Below, piece after piece: positions 40,557 through 49,969 of a stretch of 64,000 bases of DNA. The stretch is taken from NCBI GenBank assembly GCA_965140785.1, contig OZ223519.1, forward strand, positions 32,001 through 96,000. The letters are read 5' to 3'. Numbering within the stretch: position 1 is the first letter of the stretch; every line of letters begins with the position of its first letter. The position numbers were made by a program, and so were the translations under genes. Source of the DNA: an uncultured Ruficoccus sp. GTDB taxonomy: Bacteria > Verrucomicrobiota > Verrucomicrobiia > Opitutales > Cerasicoccaceae. The notes under the pieces were generated by a model that did not search any database, was not told where the DNA came from, and saw only the letters and a program-made list of their open reading frames with translations.

Positions 40557-43500
40557 ATGTATTGCAATACCCCCCGTTTGTCTGGCTGGAGCCCTACAAG
40601 TCGCTATCTGGCTCGTTCACTCGTGCTGTTTGTCGGCGCATCCGCTGCCATCTGTCTTCTGCGAGCAGAAACGTTGACGAGAGAACAGACGCCCACGGCG
40701 AGCGATTCGCTTCCACTGGTGTTGCCGGATGATGCCGTCATCCCCGAATACGCTTCGTATGACCCGGAGACGATTGCTCAGCCGCGGAATACCAGCCAGC
40801 CCTTTGACCTGCAACTGGAGTATAAGACCGATCCGCTCGGGGTTGATCTGGGCGAATATGCGCACTTGAGGGTTTCGTGGCAATGCCCCCTTGTTATGTC
40901 CGCAGACGGGATTGTGACGCGTGGGCAAGGTCAGCAGGCTTACCAGATTGAAGTTTACAAGATTTCGACCAAGGGTGAGCCAAGTCTAGCCTGGGATTCA
41001 CAGAGAGTTAATGCTGATCGTCGGCATCTTGTGCCGCTAAGGTTTGAGCCAGACTCACGTACTCAATACCGGTGGCGGGTACGCATTTGGGATAGCCAAG
41101 GGCAACTTTCCCCATGGTCTGAATGGGCAAGTTTCGAAACCGGTCTGCTGATGCCGGACGACTGGAGCGAGGCTATCGAAGCGAAGTGGATCACCTCGGA
41201 CCTTGTCCCAGCGGAGGATGACTTTGTGAAATTTTGGATCGAATCAGCACTGCTGGATTTGGATTTTGCGCACGGCCGGAAATCAATGGATGAGACGTCT
41301 AAGTACTCCGTTGATGAGCAGGCATCGCGCAGAACAGTTCAGCTTAAGCAAATCGAGAAAGTCAAAGCGCCGATATACTTTCGCAAGGATTTTGAGCTAA
41401 AGGGCGAGCCTGTGCGGGCGCGGCTGTACGTTTCCGGCCTTGGCTATCATCTGCCTTTTATCAATGGTACCCGACTGGGAGATGATCACATGGCTCCTAG
41501 CTTTGTCAGCTACGTGTTGCGGGCTTACTACCAGGTGTTCGACTGTACGGACCAACTGAAACAAGGCGGCAACTGCGTAGGTGCCATCGTCGCGCCGGGC
41601 CGATACAATGAGTATCCCGGCCCATACTACTACAGCGAGCGCATGATTTATGGGGAGCACCCGATCTTGCTGGCGCGGCTGGAAGTCGAGTACGCTGATG
41701 GCAGCTCGGAAGTCATTGCTACCGATACCAGTTGGCAGGCTGGGCTTGGTGGCTATAGGCGTACGGGCTTTTGGTTGGGGGAAGCCTACGACGCCACGGC
41801 TGAGCCCAAGGGCTGGAGCAAGCCGGGCTTTACTCAGGACTGGAAGTCGGCTGAAGCTTCAGAAGTAATCCCGCCAGTTCTGCAGGCGCAGCCTGTTAAG
41901 CCGGTTCGTGAAAACTTTGCGATCAAGCCCATCTCACGCACGAATCCTATGCCCGGAGTGTGGGTCTATGATTTTGGCAAGGTCGTCGTTGGCAAGGCAC
42001 AGGTACAGTTCGACTTACCCGAGGGAGAAATGGTACGCATCCGGTATTCGGATGTCACACTTGGTAGTTGGGGGAACAGCGCAGTCATTAAGCAATGGGC
42101 GTTCTTCAGAGATTATCCGGAGCCCTTTATTCGTGAGGATGCAAAGGATATGCTGGTCTGTCGCGCACGTGGGACCTCCCCCGTCATGCATGCCAAGGAA
42201 ATTGGGGACTACGCGGTTTTATATGGGACGACGGATGCTTTCCGATCAGATGGTGAGCCTTGCGAATATCTCTCCTCGTTTGACTATACTCCCTTCCGCT
42301 ACATCGAAATCTCAACGCTAGAAGAACCGCCCACGCTCGACGAAGTCGAGGCGGTTGCGTTGTATTCCCCGCTTGAGCCTATTGGAAAAATGGTTATCGA
42401 CGACCCGCAACTGCAGCGCATTCACGATGCCTGTCTGAATTCCGTCAGCATGCTGACGCACGGGCATTACCTCGATAATCCTGGCGGCGAGAAGATGGGG
42501 AGTAATGCGCCTATCCCGATTTGGAACTATGACCTCATGGTGTACACCTTTGATCATGCGAATCATTTCGCCAAAAATGCCGATGACAGTCGCCATCTCT
42601 CGGAATACACGGGGGTGCCGCACGCGATCACCTTGACTCGCCGCATGGAGCAGGCTGCGATGGGCGGTGGGAGCCCATTTGTAAACGTGAACAATAACAT
42701 TCATCAGGTGGGTGGCCCCTTGCGTGATCATGCTTATTTTGGTGACACGGAAAGTATGGAGTTGAACCTTGAGCAGGCCCGTTTGTTCTGGGATTACCTC
42801 ATTGAAAATGACCTGCTCGAAAATGGAATCAGTAGCTCTGCGACTCACCTCGATTACACTGGTGCGGTCGATGTGCCGAGTGGGCCTTGGGGGCAGGGGG
42901 AGAACGCTCGTCACTTGACCGACCGTAAATTCGCCCGTTGCTGCTTCGTGCTTATGCTGGCGCGCGAGTATGAACTGCTCTGTGAGATAGCCGGAAGACT
43001 CGATCTATGGGACGACATTGCGCCTCGCATCGAGGAGTTCAGGCTTTGGGTCGAAGACACCTACCGTGATCCTGTGACAAACCGCTATAGCAGAATCGAT
43101 AACACCGATTCACCACGTCCGGTGATCCAGGGGACGAATGTCGTTACCCTCAAAGCGGAACTGGTGGAAGAGGACGAGTACGCAGCTCTGCTCGATGAGA
43201 TTGTGCAGAATATGGAGGATGTTACGAAAGGCCATCAAGTCATTGGTGTGAAATCGGCTTACTGGTTTTTCGAATTACTGAGCCACTACGGCTATAACGA
43301 GACCGCGTTGCGCCTGCTGCGTTCGAACGACTACCCCAGTATTGGAAGAATGTTGAACGATACCGGTTGGGTGGTAGCTGAAGACTGGGGCTGGGGAGAG
43401 CGATCTGCATTTGTCAACAGTGCGGTACAATTGGAAGGGCTGACTGGAATCTCCAACTGGTTTTACCGCGAGATGGTGGGCATCCGTCCCGACGTGCTTG

Positions 43501-43859
43501 AGGGCGGTTTTAAGAAGTTCTATCTGGCACCAATTGTTACCGAGACCAGTCCAAGCTATCACTTTTATTTCGATTCACCACAAGGCATGATTGTCAGTGA
43601 ACTTTTGCGTCGCAGCGATTCGCTGGACTGGGAGATAACTGTGCCCCCGAACTCAACTGCAGTCGTCACGATGCCAGTGGGAAAGCTCTCCAACTGGACG
43701 GAGTCGGGACAGCCTCTCGGCAACGTTCAGGGGATTTCCATAGGTGGCTCTGACGGGCTGCGCATGCAGGCACCTGATATTTCGCCGGCTTATGCCGGGC
43801 GACCTCTGGTGACGTTGATGTCCGGACAATACCGTTTTCACTATGCAGGTGGGCAGTAA
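40557..43859 (+). CDS. Second GH78 alpha-L-rhamnosidase-like protein, paralog of 32990-36250
   Basis: DPLGVD, YRWRVRIWD...FETGL, YFRKDF, ARLYVSGLG, YDFGKVVVG, FRYIEIS, GFKKFYLAP, ITVPPN. Confidence 0.8.
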   Translation: MYCNTPRLSGWSPTSRYLARSLVLFVGASAAICLLRAETLTREQTPTASDSLPLVLPDDAVIPEYASYDPETIAQPRNTSQPFDLQLEYKTDPLGVDLGEYAHLRVSWQCPLVMSADGIVTRGQGQQAYQIEVYKISTKGEPSLAWDSQRVNADRRHLVPLRFEPDSRTQYRWRVRIWDSQGQLSPWSEWASFETGLLMPDDWSEAIEAKWITSDLVPAEDDFVKFWIESALLDLDFAHGRKSMDETSKYSVDEQASRRTVQLKQIEKVKAPIYFRKDFELKGEPVRARLYVSGLGYHLPFINGTRLGDDHMAPSFVSYVLRAYYQVFDCTDQLKQGGNCVGAIVAPGRYNEYPGPYYYSERMIYGEHPILLARLEVEYADGSSEVIATDTSWQAGLGGYRRTGFWLGEAYDATAEPKGWSKPGFTQDWKSAEASEVIPPVLQAQPVKPVRENFAIKPISRTNPMPGVWVYDFGKVVVGKAQVQFDLPEGEMVRIRYSDVTLGSWGNSAVIKQWAFFRDYPEPFIREDAKDMLVCRARGTSPVMHAKEIGDYAVLYGTTDAFRSDGEPCEYLSSFDYTPFRYIEISTLEEPPTLDEVEAVALYSPLEPIGKMVIDDPQLQRIHDACLNSVSMLTHGHYLDNPGGEKMGSNAPIPIWNYDLMVYTFDHANHFAKNADDSRHLSEYTGVPHAITLTRRMEQAAMGGGSPFVNVNNNIHQVGGPLRDHAYFGDTESMELNLEQARLFWDYLIENDLLENGISSSATHLDYTGAVDVPSGPWGQGENARHLTDRKFARCCFVLMLAREYELLCEIAGRLDLWDDIAPRIEEFRLWVEDTYRDPVTNRYSRIDNTDSPRPVIQGTNVVTLKAELVEEDEYAALLDEIVQNMEDVTKGHQVIGVKSAYWFFELLSHYGYNETALRLLRSNDYPSIGRMLNDTGWVVAEDWGWGERSAFVNSAVQLEGLTGISNWFYREMVGIRPDVLEGGFKKFYLAPIVTETSPSYHFYFDSPQGMIVSELLRRSDSLDWEITVPPNSTAVVTMPVGKLSNWTESGQPLGNVQGISIGGSDGLRMQAPDISPAYAGRPLVTLMSGQYRFHYAGGQ

Positions 43860-44032
43860 GTGTCTCTCCATACAGCACGAACCAGGCGCACCTGATGACG
43901 CTGGAATGGCACAGATGTAAAGGCTGGGGCGATGCGTATTTGTTACGATATCCACATATCTGCGAGCATAGATCGTTGCCAACAAAAGCATGCCTATGCT
44001 ACTGAGCTTACAAGCGTTGAATATAATATTCT

Positions 44033-45718
44033 ATGACCCCAATCGTTTCGCGTGCCTTCTTTTCCTGTTTGAGCCTGTGGAAGAAACCCCTGGTGCTCAT
44101 CATGACTTCGCTTCTATTGACATCTTTGCTGCTTGGGGCCTCCAGTGACTCGGTCAAAGTGCTGACACTTGAGCAGTTCGGTGGTTCACCGCAATCCGTC
44201 GACAATACGGCAGCCTTTGAGGCAGCGATCGCGGCCGCCAAAGCTACCGATGGACCAGTGGTAATTCAACTTCAGCCGAGCGCATCCTACCGGGTGCAGG
44301 GGAGTGGCCGGCAGGCGTGTGCGATCATGATCAAAGGCGTGGACGATTTAACCTTCGACGGGCAGGGGGCGACGCTCATCATAACTGATCCCACTCGTGG
44401 CGGCCTGCGTACTGAAGACTGTGAGAGCATAGTGCTTAAAAATTTCGCCATAGACTATGATCCGTTGCCCTACACGGTTTCTACAGTGACCGACATCAAT
44501 GTCTCGGATAACTGGTTCGAAATCGCAATCGAAGAGGGCTACCCGAGCCCGGGCCTTCCCTTTTTTGAGGAGGCCAAAAGTCAGTCAGGCCTGATGATTC
44601 TTCCGCTGCCTGACGGTGGAACGCGGTTCGGGCCGGATGTGATTTCGCCTGAGCGAAAAGAAGACATGGGTAATGGGATTTGGCGCATCTATCCCAAAAT
44701 GCAATTTGGGGGGTACTCGGATCCGCTTGGCAGTAACCGGGTGACAGTGGGGGAGCGCTTTGTCTTGTGTGCGCGTACCTACGAACAGGCACTTTCCTCG
44801 ATCGATTGCACGGATCTGCTTTGGGAGAATATCACCGTGTATGCTTCCCCGGGGCTTGCCAGTTACCCGCGTGGCAACGAGCAGCATACGATTCGTGGAT
44901 TTCATGTCGCGATAAAAGAGGGACGTATCTTTTCCAGTAATGCGGATGGCATTCATATGCGCGGTTCACGTGGGGATGTGCTTATCGAGGGGTGCACGTT
45001 TGAGGGGATGGGGGACGACGGCATCAATGTTCACAGCTCGGCCATGGCCGTTACCGATCAGCCCGCCGCCAACCAGGCTGAAGTTCGTAAGCACACCTAC
45101 AGCGTGCGTGTTGGCGACCGCGTTGTCGCCGTAAATTCCTCGACGGCACAAATTATCGGAGAGGCTGAGGTAGTTGCCATTGAGGACAGTCAACGGACAT
45201 GGTTGCTGACGTTTGACCGCGATCTGATTTTGCCAACTACGGATGCCGAGGGGGAAGAGACGAATGCACATGGTGCGCCGATTGCGACGGCTAACCTGTA
45301 TAATTTAGACGAGAGTGCCTCTCCATTTGTTGTTCGCGATTGCGTGTTCAATGATTTCCGCGGGCGAGGGCTTTTGATAAGCGCACGCGACGGGGTCGTC
45401 GAAGATAACGTCTTTCGCGATCGAGAGGGCTGGGGGATCGTCATGCACTACGAGTCGAGTCGCTGGGCTGAGGGTCCGATTAGCAGCGACATTCTGATTC
45501 GCAACAATACGTTTATCAAACCCTACGGTGCCATACAGCCGGCGATTGTAACCGGGATTTCTGCGCGCAGTGGAGACGCGAAGGTCCCTGCATTCTTCGA
45601 GGACATCCGCATCGAGAATAATACCTTTTATGGGTGGGAAGAGCCGTTGCGTCTGAAAAACATGGATGGCCTTGTCCTGGTCGGAAACGAGATATTTCCA
45701 GATAGCGTGCCCGAGTAG
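44033..45718 (+). CDS. Right-handed beta-helix glycosidase, GH110 (alpha-1,3-galactosidase)-like
   Basis: Signal peptide; NFAIDYDPLPYT, SSNADGIH, IEGCTFEGMGDDGINVH. Confidence 0.72.
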   Translation: MTPIVSRAFFSCLSLWKKPLVLIMTSLLLTSLLLGASSDSVKVLTLEQFGGSPQSVDNTAAFEAAIAAAKATDGPVVIQLQPSASYRVQGSGRQACAIMIKGVDDLTFDGQGATLIITDPTRGGLRTEDCESIVLKNFAIDYDPLPYTVSTVTDINVSDNWFEIAIEEGYPSPGLPFFEEAKSQSGLMILPLPDGGTRFGPDVISPERKEDMGNGIWRIYPKMQFGGYSDPLGSNRVTVGERFVLCARTYEQALSSIDCTDLLWENITVYASPGLASYPRGNEQHTIRGFHVAIKEGRIFSSNADGIHMRGSRGDVLIEGCTFEGMGDDGINVHSSAMAVTDQPAANQAEVRKHTYSVRVGDRVVAVNSSTAQIIGEAEVVAIEDSQRTWLLTFDRDLILPTTDAEGEETNAHGAPIATANLYNLDESASPFVVRDCVFNDFRGRGLLISARDGVVEDNVFRDREGWGIVMHYESSRWAEGPISSDILIRNNTFIKPYGAIQPAIVTGISARSGDAKVPAFFEDIRIENNTFYGWEEPLRLKNMDGLVLVGNEIFPDSVPE

Positions 45719-45791
45719 CGGCATGTCTCCTCGCTGGATCAAGTAAATGAAAAACCCGTACAGTGCAGCCCTAGGAAAACCACTTTTTTAT

Positions 45792-45870
45792 TGACCGTGT
45801 CCACTTAAACTGTGCCACTTGCAAAGTTAGTCTGAGTGCTTAGAAAGGACTCAGAGTATGAAAGGCGAGC
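45792..45870 (+). mobile_element. Orphan left end of the same IS3-family element as 21047-22361
   Basis: 45792-45855 is an exact 64-nt reverse complement of 22298-22361, followed by ATGAAAGGC and then unrelated sequence. Confidence 0.9.
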
Positions 45871-46551
45871 CATTGATGAGCGCGCTCACACGTGAGTTCG
45901 CTGCTTTGTTGGCCTGACGGAGGTGACTCAAGCCGGGTGACCAGTTAACTTTTTCTGAAGGAACTGCACGGCAACAGTAAGCGGCATGCGTCGTGCCGTT
46001 TGGTTGTGCTTGTATACGATTTTAGGTCATTAGTGTCGAGGCTGCGAGGTGATGCTGGGCATTGTGGCCAGTGGTGGGAGCCCGGAGGCTTTGAGTCCGA
46101 TACAGGATGTAGGTGTCGGGTTCGAGCCCGTGACGCTTGGTGGCCTAGATTATGGGGTGGGTGGTCTCGCATTCAGTTGAGGTCGAGAGTTCTTTTCGGG
46201 AGTTTAGTGAGGCAGCACCCCTCAGACGACAACCATGGTTGACATTTTGATCTTAGCGGGAGGCGATTGTCGGTTTTTAGGATGTTTTTTCATGGGCCAT
46301 GGGAAATAACCGCATAGAGATAAGTGTGTTGTTCGCATGTTTTGTTAGCCCCTGACAGCGATGAGTAGCCTCCACAGCTTGGATATTCCCGAGACGACCC
46401 ACACGACGGTCGATATCCTGCTTGGTCCGGATAATGCCCGGCGTCAGGCCCGTGTCGCTGAGATAGCTGCGATCTACCAGCCGGTATTGAAAGGGGTGGC
46501 TGCCGCCTTTATGCTCAAGCATGCGGATAATGGCGAGGGCCTGTCGGAGGT

Positions 46552-46833
46552 GATCGGCCAGCAGCTTCTTTAGCTCCGCGTTTTCCTTCTCCAGGTTACG
46601 TAAACGCTGCGCCTCCTTAAGGTCCATACCGCCGTATTTGTCGCGCCAGCGGTAGAAGGTCTGCGTGCTGATGTTATGCTTGCGGCACAGTTCTTCGGCA
46701 CTTAAGCCCGTGTCGGCCTCGCGCAAAATGCGCATCATCTGTTCGGTCGTTCGTCTTGTCTTCTTCAACGTGATTTTCCTTTCATTAAGGAAAATCACTC
46801 CAGCGGCAATGGGTTACGTTTCGGGGGTTTTCA
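46552..46833 (-). mobile_element. Truncated IS3-family element (left end plus partial OrfA)
   Basis: TGAAAACCCCCG end at 46833; (L/M)KKTRRTTEQMMRILREAD...LCRKHNISTQTFYRWRDKYGGM...LEKENAELKKLLAD; no orfB. Confidence 0.82.
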
Positions 46834-46895
46834 GCCCTTTTCAAGCCGAAGATAGCAAGAAGGTCATATTGGTCCCGGCTTGGAGGAAACGGGGT

Positions 46896-48080
46896 TCAAG
46901 TGACTTGCTGAAAACTGTGTTTCTTCCGGTATTCTAGCGGAGACTGATCAAGAATGCGCCGGAAGATGCGCCCCATTCGGTCTTCGCTGGAAAATCCACT
47001 GGCTTCGGCGACGTCTCGGGCTCGCATGCCGGTTTGGGTAAGAAGCTTTTGCGCATGTTCAAGGCGCTTTAACGTGATTTCCTCCGCGATGGTGCGCCCG
47101 ATTTCCTGCTGGAATAGTTGATAAAGGTGACGGTAGGAAAGCGGAATCGTGGCCGAGACGGTCTTGGCATTAATGGGGCGGGTATAATTCTGCCAGATAT
47201 TGTGCAGGACGGCTGCGACCTGTGGGTGTTTCACGGCGAGGATGTCGGTGCTTAGACGGGTTGTAATTCCTGCCGGTGGAATCTTAAGCTCAGAGGATAC
47301 GACGCGTCCACCTTGCAGTAAGCGATCGAGGATAGCTGCTGCGCGGTAGCCTTCGGTTTCTTGATTGTTGTTGATGCTCGACAGAGGGACTGGAGCGAAT
47401 TCGCAACGTAGCGGGTCATCGTCCACACCGAGTACAGCGACTTGCTCTGGGACCGGGATGTTGTGGAGACGGCAGGCGTACAGTGCCTCAATGGAGACAT
47501 CGTCGTGCTCGGAAAAAACTGCTAAGGGACGGGGTAGGCCGCGTAACTGTTTGCCGAGCCACTCAATTCGCTTGGCTTCGTTGGTGTGGTTTTGCGGATG
47601 CGTTGCCAGCCAGTCGATGTCATAAAAGTTGGCTCCGGCCCTCTTAATATATTGCCTGAAGGTCCGGTGGCGGCGGATTGCCGAAGCAGTGTCTGATATG
47701 CGGTAAAACGCGGCATGGCGGAATCCCCGGTGAAGAAAGTAGTCGGCAGCCAAGCGGCCAATAGCCGCATCGTCGCAACGGACTGTAGGAATGCCGCGTA
47801 GGGTCACGTCTCCTATGTTGACGACTGGTTTTGCGCACTGGCGGACAAAGTCATGCAGTTCAGTGTCTTGGTGGAGCAGGCATATGATGCCGTCACTCTG
47901 CCATGACCTGGGAATACGGCCGTCGCGAGCCATGCGGGAATCTAGAATCCAATTCGCCTGCTTGGCGTAGCGGGCGATGCCTCGGTGGATAGCTGGTGAG
48001 TACCATCCCGGCGCAAGCATGATGTTGGGGCGATAAGCGCTATCTTGGTCTGACGATTTTTGGGGATGATTGGTTGGCAT
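46896..48080 (-). CDS. XylR-type regulator (periplasmic-binding fold plus AraC HTH)
   Basis: GIARYA, CDDAAIGRLAADYFLHRGF, VPEQVAVLGVDDD...PLSSI, C-terminal VAEASGFSS...SPLEYRK. Confidence 0.9.
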   Translation of the reverse strand: MPTNHPQKSSDQDSAYRPNIMLAPGWYSPAIHRGIARYAKQANWILDSRMARDGRIPRSWQSDGIICLLHQDTELHDFVRQCAKPVVNIGDVTLRGIPTVRCDDAAIGRLAADYFLHRGFRHAAFYRISDTASAIRRHRTFRQYIKRAGANFYDIDWLATHPQNHTNEAKRIEWLGKQLRGLPRPLAVFSEHDDVSIEALYACRLHNIPVPEQVAVLGVDDDPLRCEFAPVPLSSINNNQETEGYRAAAILDRLLQGGRVVSSELKIPPAGITTRLSTDILAVKHPQVAAVLHNIWQNYTRPINAKTVSATIPLSYRHLYQLFQQEIGRTIAEEITLKRLEHAQKLLTQTGMRARDVAEASGFSSEDRMGRIFRRILDQSPLEYRKKHSFQQVT

Positions 48081-48229
48081 TGAAAACAAAAATCTCCATT
48101 TTCGACGAAAACTAAACCTATTTTATGTCTTTATGCGAGATATTTGAGAGGATATGTAGGAAAGCGATGACATAAATAGATTTCGGTGCGGTTTCCGAAG
48201 CGCCTGTTTCTGCGTACTACCCAAAACCC

Positions 48230-49441
48230 ATGATGACATCATCAGAAAAACTCCGTGAACTTGTCTCCTCCCATGAGCGACTGCTTTCCCGCCCGAACGA
48301 GGTGGATGAGTCTTTTGACAACGGGATTTATCGGCGCTACAGACATTGCGTGCTGACCCGTGAGCATACGCCTGTTTATTGGAGGTATGACATCAATCCA
48401 GAGACGAATCCGCGCCTCTTGGAGCGTCTGGGGGTGAACGCCGTGATGAATGCCGGTGCGATCTATCACGCCGGAAAGTTTTATCTGATGGTGCGTGTGG
48501 AAGGAAACGACCGCAAAAGCTTTTTTGCGATCGCTGAAAGTCTGAATGGCATCGACAACTTCCGTTTCTGGGATAAGCCGTTGGTCGTGCCAGAGTTGCC
48601 GCGTGACGGTACGAATCTGTATGACATGCGCCTGGTCAAGCATGAGGATGGGTGGATTTACGGCGTGTTTTGCGTCGAGCGACGTCCTGACGATGCGCCT
48701 GCTTCAGACCAGTCCGTGGCCGAGGCACAATGCGGCATTGTCCGCACCCGTGATCTGATCAGCTGGGAACGCCTGCCGGATTTTCAGAGTCCCTCGCCGC
48801 AGCAGCGCAATGTCGTGCTTCATCCCGAGTTCGTGGATGGCAAATACGCTTGGTACACTCGGCCGCAAGACGGATTTATTGATGCGGGTTCCGGGGGGTG
48901 GTATCGGTTTCGCCCTGTCTGACTCGGTGAATCCTGCCATTTGCGGGGAAGAAAAAATCATTGATATGCGCGTTTACCACACGATCAAGGAGGTGAAGAA
49001 CGGCGCGGGTGCACCCCCGATCAAGACGGACCGAGGCTGGCTGCACATTGCCCACGGCGTGCGTGCTTGTGCGGCGGGCTTGCGTTACGTGCTCTACGTT
49101 TTTGTCACCGCGCTGGACGATCCGGCAAAAGTGATTGCCAAACCCGGGGCGGTTACTTCATCGCACCGCTGGGTGACGAACGCGTCGGCGACGTTTCAAA
49201 CGTGGTTTTCAGCAACGGGATCGCCGTTAAGGACGAGGATGTGTTCATCTACTATGCTTCGTGCGACACTCGGCTTCATGTTGCCACCAGTGACATTCCG
49301 ACCTTGCTTGATTATGCCTTTAACACGCCGCAGGATGCCGAGCGTACCCAAGCGTGCGTTAGCCAGCGTATCGATCTAATCGAGCGTAACCTCGGCTATG
49401 CCCGCGCGCATGGTTTGTCTGTCGGCCAGTGGGCGAATTAA
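48230..49441 (+). pseudogene. GH130 4-O-beta-D-mannosyl-D-glucose phosphorylase-like gene with two frameshifts
   Basis: Continuous homology across three ORF pieces ([24 protein letters not shown] / [25 protein letters not shown] / [22 protein letters not shown]); shifts at G runs 48893-48898 and 49146-49149. Confidence 0.85.
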
Positions 49442-49800
49442 TCGACGACCACATTTTTGCCGCGGCACCCGGACGTGTTAAAATATCCTCGGTGAAGAAG
49501 AGGGGAGATGCGCCTGCCAAAAAAGGAAAATGTATTCTTGAGATGACCCTGGTCGGCCCCCTGTTTTCGTACCAGCGCGATGAGACACTGGTTGGGTAGG
49601 ATTATGTTGGTTGTGTTGTGGGTTGAGAGAGTGCTTGGTGCAGTGAGCCCGTAGGGCGAACGGAGCCAAGCACTGCCTTAGTTTGTTGCCAGATTTTGGC
49701 AAAAGGCGTCGGGTCTGTGGGAAGCGGCGATTCTGACGGGTGAAACGCAGAATGCGGCTTCTCGCGGCGAGGATGCGTAAACTTTTGCCAGCAGCGAGTT

Positions 49801-49840
49801 ACAAAAAATCCCGCTCGGTGTGCGAAGCGGGATTTTTTGT
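49801..49840. terminator. Bidirectional intrinsic terminator
   Basis: ACAAAAAATCCCGCT...AGCGGGATTTTTTGT, a perfect 15-bp inverted repeat between convergent genes. Confidence 0.8.
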
Positions 49841-49969
49841 GGCGGGGTGGGTCGGTGCGCCCGCGACAGGGGAAAATGGGGTCCGTTAGGCAACCCTAAT
49901 CGTCACGATTCTGAGTTTTAGGAGGTTTTCGAGAGAACAGGAGATATCTGTTGAGTTACATTAGGCGCA

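Noticed and set aside
46110..46145. GGGTTCGAGCCC resembling a tRNA T-loop
   Set aside because: A 5-bp T-stem around a 7-nt loop does not pair, and no acceptor stem, D-arm or CCA is present.
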